A stretch of 64,000 nucleotides of DNA from Dendrobates tinctorius (GCF_039654945.1 NW_027361766.1:26350001-26414000), one strand, 5' to 3'. Counted from the stretch's first letter, positions 14,075 to 26,474 are shown. Notes: generated from the sequence alone by a model not told the origin. Numbers and translations are program-made.

Positions 14075-17000
14075 TTAGTCTGTAAGAGAAATGGCAAAGT
14101 CTTTGGAGATCCAGGCCTTGTTCATTTTCAGAAAAGTCAGCCGGTCAACATTATCGGAAGATAGTCGCGTGCGACGGTCTGTTAGTACACCACCTGCGGC
14201 ACTAAAGACACGTTCCGATAATACACTGGCAGCAGGGCAAGCCAGCACCTCCAATGCATACTGGCTAAGCTCTGGCCATGTATCCAGCTTAGAGACCCAA
14301 AACTTGAAGGGGGAAGAGCCATCTGGGAGTACAGCGACAGGGCAAGACATGTAGTCTGACACCATCTGACGGAAGCGTTGCCTCCTGCTGACTCGAGGCG
14401 TCGCTGATGGTGTAGACAATTGTGGTGGACACACAAAACTTTGCCACATTTGGGCCATAGTGGTCTTGCCTTGTGCTGCGGCGCTGCCTCTGCTCCCTCT
14501 TTGTGCAGAGTTTCCTCCACTGCCTCGACGCACAGAGCTGCTTTGTAAAGCACTAGCAACAATGCTGTCGGGTGGAATGGAAAACATTATGGACTGCACC
14601 AGTGACTCTTCGTACTCCCGCATTTTACGCTCCCGGTTCAACGTTGGTATGAGCCTTTGTACGCTGTCCCGGTAGCGAGGATCTAGGAGGGTGTACACCC
14701 AATAATCAGCCGAGACGAGAATGTGGGCGATGCGGCGGTCGTTTCTCAGGCACTGCAGCATGAAATCAACCATGTGCTGCAGACTCCCAACTGCCAAAGA
14801 ACCGCTGTCCCCTGTTTGAGGCGTGACCTCGGCCTGCTCTGCATCACCCCACCCTCGCTGTACATACTGAGTAGAGGTTTGTGTACCTCCCTCCTCTGGA
14901 GAGATGTCTTCCTCCTCCATCGACTCCTCCTCATCCTCCTCACAAAGTGTCCCCTGCCTAGGCCTTTGTGAGGAAACACGTAGCGCAGACTGTCCAGAAG
15001 CAGATGGCATTTGGGACTCCTCATCCTCCACCTCTTCTGAAACCTCATCCCTTAGTGCTTGCAGTGTTTGTTGAAGCAGGCAGATAAGGGGGACAGTCAT
15101 GCTGACTAGTGCATCATCTGCACTCGCCATCCGCGTGGATTCATCGAAGGCACGCAAAACGAGGCCGATGTCCTTCATAGAGGCCCACTCAATGGTGCTG
15201 AAGTGTGAACGGCGCACAGTGCGACTTGTTTGCGCCTGATGCAGCTGGTACTCCATGACTGCTGCCTGCTGCTCACACAACCGCTCCAACATATGTAACG
15301 TTGAATTCCACCGGGTGGGTAGGTCACATATGATGCGATGTTCCGGAAGGCCAAATCGTCGCTGCAGAGCAGCGAGGCGCGATCTTGCCGTGCTGGAACG
15401 TCGCAAGTGAGCGCACTCTATGCGGACCTTGTGCAACAGTGCAGCAAGATCCGGATAGTCCCTCAGAAAGCTCTGCACGACCAAGTTAAGAACATGTGCC
15501 AGACATGGGATGTGTGTGAGGTTGCCTAGGCCAAGAGCTGCCACCAGATTTCGGCCATTGTCACACACTACCAAGCCCGGCTGGAGATTCGCTGGCCCAA
15601 ACCACACATCGCTCTCCAGCTTGATAGCATTCCAGAGCTCCTGCGCTGTGTGGCTTCGATTCCCCAAAGAAATTAATTTGAGTACAGCCTGTTGACGTTT
15701 GGCCACGGCTGTGCTCATATCGGTCGTAACAGGCTCCTGCTCTGCTGTTTCTGAGGAACTTGAGTAGGAGGAGGAGTCTATGTGTACAGACTGGAGTCCT
15801 GCAATCCGTGGCGTTGGAAGAACACGTACAGCTCCACTCTCCAGATCCGTACCCGGCTCCACAACATTGACCCAGTGGGCAGTGAGGGAAAGGTATCGTC
15901 CCTGTCCATGGTTACTGGTCCACGCATCGGTGGTCAGGTGGACCTTGCTACTAACGGCGTTTAGTAGCGCATGTTTTATTTTGCCCTCAACATGTTTCTG
16001 CAGGGCAGGGACGGCTCGCCTGCTGAAATAAAAGCGGCTGGGCACGTTGTATTGGGGGACTGCCAATGCCATTAAGTCCCGGAAGGTGTCAGTGTCCACC
16101 AGCCTGAATGACAGCATTTCAACTGCCAGAAGTTTGGCAATGCCAGCATTCAGAGACTGTGCTCGGGGATGGTTTGCCGAGTAAGGGCGCCTTTTATCCC
16201 ATGCCTGTGCTACCGATGGCTGTGATGGATGGGAACGTGCTGCTATGGGTGTAATCTGACAGGGTCTCCGGACAACAGTGGCAGAGGTTCTTCCTTGGCG
16301 ATCCTGTGAGGAAGCCGAACCAGCAGTGTGTGAGCTGGAGGAAGAGGGCCCAACACGAACTGAAGAGGTGGTAGGTGGTGCTGTACGTTGGCCTACGTCT
16401 TCAGGGTGTCTCTGCAACTCCAACTCGTGCTTGGTGCGCACATGTTTCCACATATTTGTGGTATTGAGGTTGCTGACATTTCTCCCTCTTTTGACTCTCT
16501 GATGACACAGCTTGCATTTGACAAAGCAAATGTCATCTGCAACTGTGTCAAAAAAGGACCACGCACTGCAACTCTTGTGAGCGCCCGGTTTGCCTTTGGA
16601 AGGAGGAATGCTCCTAACGGGTGCCGAAGTGGAGGGTACAGGCAACCAAGTCTTCCCCCTCCCTCTGCCTCCTGTTTTGGCCGGTAGGGGAATCTCTTCC
16701 TCCGAGCTGCTCCCACCACCTTCCTGTTGCTCACGCCATGATGGGTCAAGGACCTCATCATCTTCCCTCCCCTCTTCAAACAGCTGCTTCTCCGGGGTTG
16801 TCTCGCCAGCACCGTACGCACCAGAAAGTGGCAACTGAGTCTCGTCATCATCTGATGCGTACTGAGGTGTGCTGACCATAGGCACTGGCCCACTCGCCTC
16901 TTCAGATTCAGAGGGACAAAGAAGTTGCGCATCGCTGCATACTCCCTCTTCTTCACATTCAGGAATGCTGCTTGGCTGGCCCCCTCTTTCCAAGCCAACA

Positions 17001-17410
17001 GATTCCGAGAACAGAAGTAGAGACTGTGATGGCTCCTGTCCATGTCTCTCTGACTGCCTGGGCACTTTGGCAGGTGGTGAAGAGACAGATAGTTGCTCTT
17101 CGGTGCTCTGACCCTGAGAGGATGCGGAAGTAATTGAAGTCGATGCGTTAGCTGCCATCCATCCGACAACGGCTTCAATTTGTTCCTCCCGCAGCAGTGG
17201 GGTACGTTGAGGTCCTACAAAGCTGCGCATAAAGGACTGTTGCCTGCTAAAACTGGGGGATGCTGATCCACTGGTGCCCGCAGCAGGCCCAGAATCCCCA
17301 CGTCCTCTACCTGTAGAATCCCCACGTCCTCTCCCTGCAGAATCCCCACGTCCTCTCCCTGCTGAAACTCCACGCCCACGCCCACGCGCCTTACTCCCTG
17401 CCTTCTTCAT
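14075..17410 (-). CDS. hAT transposase with BED zinc finger (ZBED4/ZBED6-like), 1111 aa from the first ATG, no stops or frameshifts
   Basis: BED finger AWSFF..CKLC..NMWKHVRTKH; catalytic D (HLTTDAWTS), D (VCDNGRN), CLAH (CxxH), TRWNS, and C-terminal dimerization domain WPELSQYALEVLACPAASVLSERVFS containing the catalytic E; N-terminal GRGRGDS repeats. The ORF track starts at TTG 17446; the first ATG is at 17410. Confidence 0.95.
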   Translation of the reverse strand: MKKAGSKARGRGRGVSAGRGRGDSAGRGRGDSTGRGRGDSGPAAGTSGSASPSFSRQQSFMRSFVGPQRTPLLREEQIEAVVGWMAANASTSITSASSQGQSTEEQLSVSSPPAKVPRQSERHGQEPSQSLLLFSESVGLERGGQPSSIPECEEEGVCSDAQLLCPSESEEASGPVPMVSTPQYASDDDETQLPLSGAYGAGETTPEKQLFEEGREDDEVLDPSWREQQEGGGSSSEEEIPLPAKTGGRGRGKTWLPVPSTSAPVRSIPPSKGKPGAHKSCSAWSFFDTVADDICFVKCKLCHQRVKRGRNVSNLNTTNMWKHVRTKHELELQRHPEDVGQRTAPPTTSSVRVGPSSSSSHTAGSASSQDRQGRTSATVVRRPCQITPIAARSHPSQPSVAQAWDKRRPYSANHPRAQSLNAGIAKLLAVEMLSFRLVDTDTFRDLMALAVPQYNVPSRFYFSRRAVPALQKHVEGKIKHALLNAVSSKVHLTTDAWTSNHGQGRYLSLTAHWVNVVEPGTDLESGAVRVLPTPRIAGLQSVHIDSSSYSSSSETAEQEPVTTDMSTAVAKRQQAVLKLISLGNRSHTAQELWNAIKLESDVWFGPANLQPGLVVCDNGRNLVAALGLGNLTHIPCLAHVLNLVVQSFLRDYPDLAALLHKVRIECAHLRRSSTARSRLAALQRRFGLPEHRIICDLPTRWNSTLHMLERLCEQQAAVMEYQLHQAQTSRTVRRSHFSTIEWASMKDIGLVLRAFDESTRMASADDALVSMTVPLICLLQQTLQALRDEVSEEVEDEESQMPSASGQSALRVSSQRPRQGTLCEEDEEESMEEEDISPEEGGTQTSTQYVQRGWGDAEQAEVTPQTGDSGSLAVGSLQHMVDFMLQCLRNDRRIAHILVSADYWVYTLLDPRYRDSVQRLIPTLNRERKMREYEESLVQSIMFSIPPDSIVASALQSSSVRRGSGGNSAQRGSRGSAAAQGKTTMAQMWQSFVCPPQLSTPSATPRVSRRQRFRQMVSDYMSCPVAVLPDGSSPFKFWVSKLDTWPELSQYALEVLACPAASVLSERVFSAAGGVLTDRRTRLSSDNVDRLTFLKMNKAWISKDFAISLTD

Positions 17411-17776
17411 CTTGCAAGACTGCTTAAGATAGGCAAAAAAGTACAAAGGGGGGCCTTAGTGTGCTTATTCCTGAACAGCTGGTTACAGGTACAAGAAACA
17501 CTAATTTTATGAAGTGTGTGTGTGTGTGGACTAGACTTTAATAGGAGCTGATGTGGCCTACACAAGTTCAAAATGTAGTGTTTGGTGAACTTTTTTTGTG
17601 GTTTCTTTGTTGGAAACAAACTCAAAGTATGTGAACAAAGAATTGAAACTGATAGTATCACCAACTTTTTGGAGCTATTACAATGCAGGCAGGTAACCTA
17701 CAATGCAAAAGATGAGGCTCCAAAAAAATTGGGTAATACTAATCTGGCTGTGCCGGCAGGGCACAAGCCAGAAAAA

Positions 17777-18540
17777 AAGGCTCCTCTATCTACTCCTATA
17801 TAGTGTTTGCCACCAACCAATGTTGATGGATACGGATGGATGCACACTAATAGGAGAAGAAAAAATGAGCTGCACTCAAAGACAAATATGTGTGAGGCAG
17901 TGACGCACGTTGAGCGTCCTACAACCAGACGTAGCTGCAGGACACTCTACTCAGCGTGAGCTGCACTCACACACAGTCAGAGGCCTCTCAGACAGCCGTC
18001 AACAGTGCAGCTAAGTGGGCATTGGCACTGACAGGCTGCAGAAAGGCTCCGCTGTGTACTCCTTTATAGTGTTTGCAACCACCGTAGATGGAGACGGATG
18101 GATGCACACTAATAGAAGAAAAAATGAGCTGCACTCAAATAAAAATGTGTGAGGCACTGACGCACGCTGAGCGTCCTACAGCCAGACGTAGCTGCAGGAC
18201 ACACTACTCAGTGTGAGCTGCACTCACACACAGTCAGAGACCTCTCAGACAGCCGTGAACAGTGCAGCAAAGTGGACACTAGCACTGAAAGGCTGCAGAA
18301 AGGCTCCGCTGTCTACTACTAGTGTTTGCAACCAACGTATATGGATACGGATGGAAGCACACTAGATTGAAATTATGTAAAAAATGCAGCTCAAAAAATA
18401 AAAGATGTATGAGGCAGCAGTGATCACACTGGGTGGCCTACAGCCTGACGTGGCTGCAGGACCCACTCCACAGCGTGAGCTGCACTCACACAGCCCTTGC
18501 TGACAGCTGTGAACACTGCTGCTAGGGCAAAGAAGGCTAC
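17777..18540. repeat. ~260-bp tandem repeat (3 copies) upstream of the hAT transposase
   Basis: AAAGGCTCC..TAGTGTTTGC..GGATGGATGCACACTA..GAGCTGCACTCACACA recurs at ~17777, ~18042 and ~18300. Confidence 0.85.
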
Positions 18541-18661
18541 AGTGGTGGTTTATGTAGCCTGGGTAAAGCACTAGATGTTTGGTGGAATTGCTATTTCTAA
18601 CTGTCCCTCACAGTCTTCTACAGCAGCCTGTCCCTAACTGAATTCACAGCAGAGTGACCAG

Positions 18662-18735
18662 AAATGGCGGCTGCGGTGGCTTTTATAGTGCATCATGACA
18701 TCATTTCGGCAGCCAATCACAGCCATGCCAATAGT
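18662..18735 (-). promoter_or_regulatory. Candidate Pol II core promoter of the hAT transposase
   Basis: Minus-strand TATAAAAG (18680-18687), followed downstream by YY1-type GCCGCCATTT (18662-18671); CCAAT boxes at ~18713 and ~18728; a pyrimidine tract plus AAGCAG acceptor lies just upstream of the ATG at 17410. Confidence 0.55.
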
Positions 18736-19683
18736 TAACATGCCTACATGCCTAACCGGATGTGCCCACACTTCGGAGGATTCCCATTGGCTTAATCAAA
18801 GCAAGCAGGCTCATAGCATGATGGGAACTTCCTATTCCGATTCCGGAATCCGATATGACAAAAGTATCGGAATTAAGTATCGGAATTCCGATACCGCTAA
18901 TATCGGCCGATACCCGATACTTGCGGTATCGGAATGCTCAACACTACTCATTTTGCGTTTCCTAAAAGACATGGGCGACTTAAAAAATGTATGTATGGAG
19001 AAAGGTGCTTTGGTCAGATGAGACCAAAATTGAACTTTTTGGCCACCAAATAAAACCAACACCGCTCCTCAGCCCAATAACATAGGTAGCAGGGACAGGG
19101 AAAATGGTCCAAGTCGAGGGGCAGAAAAATGGGGCAAAATTCAGGGATATTCTTGAGCTAAACCTGTTTCAGTGATTTGAGACTGTCTTGATGGAAGATG
19201 AACCTCTATCCCAAGGACCCAAGCTAAAGCAACACATGTTTAAGGTGAAACATGTAAATATTTTGGAGTGGCCTAGTCAAAGACCAGACCTGAATCCAAT
19301 TGAGAATCTGTGGTCATACTTGAAGATTGCTGTTCCCCAGAGGAAACCATAGAACTTGAAGGAGCTGTAGCAAAAATCCCAGTGGCAGGATGTGGAAACT
19401 CAGTCATATCCAAAGTGACTTGCAGCTGTAATTGCCAGAGAAGGAGGCGCTGCAAAGCGCAGACTTTAGGGGGTAAACAGTTTTGCACACTGAAGTTTTC
19501 AGTTATTTTGTTTTTTGAGGTAGCAAAACACTAAAAATGCCAAAGGGGGGGGATACTTTTGCAAGCCACTGAAAGTCCTACTGAATGTTTTCTGACGTGT
19601 ATAATTCTGCTCATCTTCTCATTCTCTATACAGTGCAGTCCATAGATTGAACTGCATATATACAATGATGGGTTCACTTTTAA

Positions 19684-20159
19684 AGGAAACCTGTCACCAA
19701 AAAAATAAACACTATTAACATGCAGTTATAGGTTTATTCTGCATGGTAATAGCGTTACTAATCTCCCCGGTGCCGACACTTTGCCAAACGCTGCCGGGAG
19801 AAAATTAACTTTTATTCTCCCCCTCCGGCAGCCTTCTGGTTTCAGTTGTGAAGGCGGGGGCACCTCCGGTTCAGTCATTGCTCTGAGTATACAGAGCGGC
19901 GGCTGTAACCGCACCCCCGATCCTGACTGACACACTAGCTGTGCATTGGTACCAGCTGTCAGTCAGTGCCAGGGGCGCAATTACAGCCATCGCTCAAAGT
20001 GGAGACTAAAACCCATATACTGTCGCGTGGAATGAAGTTCATTTTCTCCTCGCAACGTTCGGATAAGTGCAGGCACCAGGCAGGTTAATAACGCTATTAA
20101 CTTGCAGGTTAACCCTATATGTGTAGGTTAATAGCAATTTCAGCGGTGACCGGTTCTCT
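19684..20159. mobile_element. Kolobok/T2-type MITE
   Basis: TTAA|AGGAAACCTGTCACC ... GGTGACCGGTTCTCT|TTAA; largely palindromic interior; shares the TTAA at 19680-19683 with the preceding MITE. Confidence 0.8.
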
Positions 20160-20322
20160 TTAAGGGGCCTGTTGCTAACTGTTTCTGCTCCTAATAGTCA
20201 TCTTGTGCATTTTTTAAAGCACCCTGAAAGGATATAATAAAATCAGTATACAGTGGTACTTAGCAGCTTAAATTTTTGGTTGTATTCTGATTTATTTTGC
20301 TTACCTCAATAAATAAAATTAA

Positions 20323-20442
<120 letters not shown>

Positions 20443-20973
20443 TAGGCTGAAGGGATGGGGGGGGTGGTATATTTTCCTCTTTAAAGGGGGATTTCTAATG
20501 TAAAATTGCACATTTTAATTAATAGATGTTGGAAGAATAGGAAGTTCCTCAGTTGGATGTGTTAAAAATAAATGTTTCTGCGCTGAGATCTTATAAATGT
20601 GCCCCTGCTGTGTCCGACCATGCAGAGCTCCAGAACTTTATGGTCGTGCCGTGCCACATCTTCTGGCCAGCGAAGGAAGCATATGTGAGTATCCTGCCCA
20701 CACAGCAGAGGCTCACTGTTGTTTCTGTGAGGTAACACATATCATTGGCTGTTTTTATCACAAGAGAGAGTGTTCGAGTCTTCAGCCCTCTGAGCTCAAC
20801 CTAAGCCCCTGCTGTGTGGTCAGTATGCTATCTTATGCTTCTCCCACCCTTTAGGAGGAGCTCTGGTATGTGCCGACCATGAAATGGAGCTGTTCCTACA
20901 TGGTCAGACATCACAAATAAGATATAAATGTGCACCTGCTATGTACTGAGATTATCTCAGCACAGGAACATTT

Positions 20974-23900
20974 TTTCTCTTTCCCCCATGACAGCACCAC
21001 GGAGAGAGAGGGATCTACCCTCAGGGACAGGAAACCTACAGATGAAAAAGGCGGTACCTCTCTTCTACATCAGTTGGTTTCCTGTCCCTGACTGGGAACC
21101 TACAGCACATACCTGTCAAGTCGTGGCAGGATTCCGGGGACCGATCCAGTCCGTTGATGGGCAGCGGGGCTCCCTGCCTCGGCTGGGTCGAGTCCTTGAA
21201 CAGGCTCCCCCCCCCCCCCCCAAAACACCACCACCGGGGTCGGCAGGCCTTGAGGGTGAGTGCGGAGAGGCAGTGAAAAAGCCAGGAGAAGTCTGCCGAT
21301 CCCAAAAAAGGAAAAAAAAAAAGAGCAAAAAAAAAAGGGGCTACCTCCTGCAGTATAATGACGGCAGTCACTACAGGAGAGCCCTGCCGAGCCGGACAAA
21401 GCAGCCTGTGTAGGTGGTGGCGGTCACCGAGGGCCACAGGTCAGACTGCCACACCTTGGAGCGGGGGAGGCGGCGGCTGGAGCCGCGAGGCGGGCAGGCC
21501 TCTGCAGCGCAGAGCCGGGGCGGCGGCCACCGGAGCCGCGAGTACAGGACACGCCGGGAGGGCTCGGGAGACCGGCGCAGGACGCCGGTAGGATGGGCGT
21601 GCGCGTGCCATTATAGCTCCCTTAAAAAAAAAAAAAAGGGAGGCACGGTGCACCGCTGGGTAATCTCGCGGTGCGCACACGCGGGACTTCCTGCGGGGCG
21701 CCGGGATCCTTGGGAAGGGGGCAGCGGCGGCAAATTTAAAAAAAAAAAAAAAAAAAGGGAAATGAGGTTTAAAAAGCCACACTGAAGGAGAAGGAAGCGG
21801 TCACCATGAGTGGGAAACCGCAGAGGGAGAAGGAGACACGGCGGTGGTCCCCGAAGCAGGGACCACAGCAAACGCAGTAACCGCACCAGCACCTACAGCG
21901 CCAACGTGACTCTTCCCAGCAGCGCAGCGGTCATACGGGATCGCGGCGCAGCCAAAGCTCCATCATGGTGGCACAGCCAGAAGTGGATTCAGCAGTGGAG
22001 ATAATCCCTACGCCCGAGACGGTATCGGTCGTTCCACAGGAGGGTGAGTGATCTCCGTGAATGCCCGCTCGTTAATTTGCGATTATTAATTTTTCATTTG
22101 CAGGGGCGTAAATGCACTACCAAATCTATACAAAAGGTATGTGCTATATGCATGGAGGACCTACCCCCTACATGGGAGAAAAAGCTCTGTGCGGCTTGCA
22201 TAGAGCAGCCAATACAGAAGGAATCCCCGAGGTTTGCTTTAGACCTCAAAACATTAATAAAAACCCAGGTCGAAGACTCCCTTAAGGGCGCCAGAACCTC
22301 AAAGAAGAAACGCCGGTCCAGGCATAGATCCCCAGAGTCGAGCGTCAGTGAGTCTGGAAGTGAACTATCCGACTCAAGTAATTCATCATCCTCCCAGTCC
22401 TCTTCATCATCCTCAGAATGGGGACGCAGCTGCCTTCCCATTGAGGAGACGGACTCCCTCATCAAGCGAGAGTGGAAAAAGCCAGACAAAAAAAGTCCTC
22501 CTAACACCAAAGAGAAAATAGCCCTTTGACGACCCGGCCTGCTCCTTATGGAGCAAAGCACCTAAATTTAGATGTAGCGGTCGCAAAAGCTTCTAAAAAA
22601 ATTTGCCCTGCCCTTTGAAGACATGGGTACCCTGAAGGACCCAATGGATAAAAAAGCTGAAACTTAAAAAAAAAAAAAAAACGCTTGGGAAGCAGCAGGA
22701 GGGGGGCTAAAGCCAGCCATAGCAGCCACGTGTACGGCGCGTGCCCTGATGGTCTGGCTGGACCATTTAGATTCTCAGATAAAGGGGAAAGTCCCGAGAG
22801 AAACAATACAGAGATCAGTTTTGGTAATGAAGGGAGCAGCAGCTTTTCTGGTGGATGCGTCGGTAGACTCAACCAGGCTGGCAGCCAGGACAGTGGCCTT
22901 CTCAAATGCCGCAAGACGCGCCTTATGGCTGAAATGCTGGCCAGGAGATTTGCAGACAAAAGCCAAATTGTGCGCAATCCCGTGTGAGGGGGAATTCTTA
23001 TTTGGCCCAATGCTGGACGACATCTTAGACAAAGCAGGGGACAAGAAGAAATCCTTTCCCGGGTCCCCAGCCAGTCATACAAACGGCCTTTTCGGAACAG
23101 AAGGTTTATGTGGCGGAAGCCCCCAAAAGGGAACAAAGGAGGATGGGAGGATAGAAGGAACAAAAATAAAGGCTTTATGTTTAACAACCCCCCCCCCCCC
23201 CCCCCCCCGACAACAAGAAGCCACAATGAAGGTACTCCTCGGGTCGGGGGACAATTATCCTACTTTCTCCAGGCCTGGGAAAAAATATCCACGAGTTCAT
23301 GGATACTAAACATAATAAAGGAAGGTCTGAGGCTAAAATTCATTACCCTCCCAAACGATTCTCTTGTGATAATGCCCCAAAGGATATCACACGAGCAGCT
23401 GGCTCTGCAACAAGAAATAACGAATCTAAGAGAAAAACGTGTTACAAGAAGTCCCCTACCAAGACCGGGACAAAGGCTTCTACTCCCCTCTCTTCCTTCA
23501 CAAGAAGCCAGACGGATCGTACAGGGCGATCCTAAATCTAAAAAGGCTGAACAAATTCCTAGAAATTCAGCACTTCAAAATGGAGGCAATAAAATCTTGT
23601 ATAAAAATCTTGCTTCATGGCCGTATTAGACTTAAGAGACGCATATTACCATGTGCCTATTCACAGAGACCACAGGAAATACCTCAGGGTGGCGGTGACA
23701 ATCCAGAGGGAGATAAAACATTATCAGTTCAGAGCCCTCCCCTTGGGGCTAGCCATTGCTCCAAGGGTATTTACAAAGGTAATGTCAGAGGTAATGGCCC
23801 ACATAAGAGAGCAAAACATTCTGATAGTCCCATACCTGGACGATCTCTTTAATAGGGGTCACCTTTCATCACTGGAAACAACAATCTGACATGGTCATGA

Positions 23901-26474
23901 GGTCTCTACTGAGTCTAGGGTGGATGCTGAACTTGCCCAAGTCCAGACTCGTACCAAGTCAGGTGCAGGAGTACTTGGGGATAACACTGGACTCAATCGA
24001 ACAGAAATGTTATCTTCCGCAGGCGAAGGTTCAAAAAATAGCACAAATGGCGTCACAAATGATAGCTTCCCCAAACACTACCCTGAGAAAAGCAATGTCA
24101 CTATTGGGGTCAATGACAGCCTGCATGCCAGCAGTTCAGTGGGCACAGAGCCATACTCGAGACTTACAGTGGGAAATATTAGACGCAGACGTTTCCCTAC
24201 ACGGGAATTTAGACATGCAGTTAAACATCTCACCAGAGACAATACATTCCTTAACATGGTGTACAGTTCCAGCCAACCTAGCCAAGGGGGTTCCTTGGGC
24301 ATTGCCTGCGACAAAGATCCTAACTATGGACGCAAGCCCCTGGGGGTGGGGTGCACATCTAGGCAACAAGGTGGCACACGGGCCCTGGACCCAGGGAAGA
24401 GAGTCCGCTTCCTCAAATATGAAGGAGCTGCTGGCAGTAAAACTAGATCTCATTCATTTTCTAGATTCACTTCGTTCCCATCACACAAGGGTCTTCTCAG
24501 GCAACCATGTAGTGGTAGCATATCTAAACCACCAGGGTGGCACCAGATCTCGACCACTGATGGATGTAACAAAGTCCATCTTCCACCGGCAGAACACAAT
24601 CTAGAATCCCTGACAGCCCTTCACATAAAAGGTTCAGAAAATCGAACAACGGACTTTTTAAGCAGGACACGTCTAAAACAGGGGGAGTGGGGAACTAAGC
24701 CAGTTAGTCTTCAACCAGATCGTGAAACTCTGGGGCCGGCCAGAAATAGACTTATTTGCGAACAATCAGAACCGGAAGTTGGAAACCTTCTGCTCAATCG
24801 ATCCCCGGGGGGGCCCAGTAGCTCTAGACGCTTTCACGATACCCTGGGATTATCATCTGGCCTACGCTTTCCCCCCCAATATCTCTCATCCCCTTAGTAC
24901 TGAGGAAAATACGGGGAGACAAGGTGACGGTAGTGGTTATAGCGCCCTTCTGGCCACGGAGAATATGGTTCTCCTGGCTGAGAAGAATGTCCGTAATGGA
25001 TCACTGGGTTCTACCAGAAACTCCAGACCTGCTATCCCAGGGACCAGTGTATCACTCCCACATAAAAAACTTACACATGATAGCTTGGCTTTTGAGAGGG
25101 AGCTCCTAAGTAACAAGGGCTTCTCGTCAAACTTGGTAACCACGCTACTACAAAGCAGAAAGCCAGTAACCACTAAAGCATATGGCAAAGTGTGGAAAAA
25201 ATTCATGTCAGTGTCAGACTCCGACCCAACGGGCGAAATCCCGATAGACAAGATTCTGGAATTCCTGCAGAGGGGGGTTGGAAAAGGGGTTAGCTACCAG
25301 CACCTTTAAAAGTACAGGTGGCGGCCTTGGGAGCTTTGTATAACCATGACCTAGCCAAAAATAGATGGGTTATGAGATTCATTAGAGCCTCAAGTAGATC
25401 CAGGCCAATCCCCCCCCCCCCCGGGATCTAAACCTAGTGCTAAACGCACTAGCCAAATCTTCCTTCGAACCCCTAGCGGAGGCTTCCTTAAAAATATTGT
25501 CCCTTAAGACCTCCCTCCTCAGCGTTCAGCCTTAGTGATCTACAAACTTTGTCTGCCCACTCACCCTTCATGCAAGTTCTGGATGATAGGGTAATTCTTA
25601 GAACCGACCCAGCATATCTCCCCAAGGTGTCTTCACAGTTTCATAGGACCCAGGAAGTCTCCCTACCCTCCTTCTGTCCCAATCCCAAGAACAAAACAGA
25701 AGAGGTACTACACACTTTAGATGTAAAAAGATGCCTGGTCCAATATTTGACAACCACGAGGGATTTTAGGAAGGAGAGGGCTCTGTTTGTCTGTTTTCAG
25801 GGTCCTCGGGTCAAAAAGCATCGAAGAACACACTGGCGAGGTGGATAAGAGAGGCCATCACCCTATCCTACTCCTCTTGTGGGGTGATCATCCCAGAGGA
25901 CGTAAGGGCCCACTCAACCAGGGCAGTGGCATCATCCTGGGCGAAGAAAGCCGGCGCTTCAATAGACCTGATATGTAGAGCTGCCGCTTGGTCTTCCCCC
26001 CTCTACATTTTTCAAACATTACCGTCTAGACTTAACCTCCTCTTCAGATCTCACCTTTGGGTAAAGGGTTCTGGAGGCGGTGGTCCCTCCCTAGATGTAC
26101 AATCTTTCTAATGCTCTCCGTGGTGCCGTCATGGGGGAAAGAGAAAATCGTAGTTACTTACAGATAACGGTATTTCTCTGATCCCATGACGGCACCCATA
26201 CATCCCCTCCCTTTCACACACACAGGTGTGAGTTAGTTAGCTTTAGTACTTAGCCACACGGTGCCTCTATTAAGCTTAATTTGATTGATTTTGGATTTCA
26301 TAACTATTAGAGTTGCAGTTGAAAGTTCTGTGTAATGCTCTGTAAACCAACTGTGGGAGAGAGGTACCGCCTCTTTCATCTGTAGGTTTCCTGTCCCTGA
26401 GGGCGGATCCCTCTCTCTCCTTGGTGCCGTCATGGGATCCGAGAAATACCGTTATCGGTAAGTAACTACGATTT
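20974..26474 (+). mobile_element. DIRS-like retrotransposon (copy 2) in the last MAPKAPK2 intron
   Basis: ITRs (20974-~21080 vs ~26345-26435); ICR 26114-26197; gag-like ORF1 with CxxC..CxxC; RT (LDLRDAYYH, YLDD), RNase H (TMDAS), MT-like segment and YR (AHSTRA), broken by frameshifts; TTT termini. Confidence 0.95.

Larger units (their letters stand above)
9806..18946 (-). mobile_element. Autonomous hAT (Ac-like, BED-finger) DNA transposon, ~9.1 kb including a gap
   Basis: Perfect 8-bp TSD CTCATTTT (9798-9805; 18947-18954); TIRs TAGAGTTGAGC / GCTCAACACTA; clustered CCGATA/ATCGG subterminal motifs at both ends; intact transposase ORF on the minus strand. Confidence 0.96.
3922..19571 (+). mobile_element. 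Degenerate Tc1 element hosting a DIRS and a hAT insertion
   Basis: TA|CAGTGGCTTCTGAAAGTATTCACCCCCTTGGC at 3922; inverted end GCCAAAGGGGGGGGATACTTTTGCAAGCCACTG ending 19571; transposase remnants at 9425-9797 and 18955-19470 ([15 protein letters not shown]). Confidence 0.85.

Noticed and set aside
14075-17446. Domesticated host gene ZBED4/ZBED6
   Set aside because: The ORF lies inside TIRs with a perfect TSD, nested in a Tc1 element, and has a single BED finger, so it is a transposon-encoded transposase.
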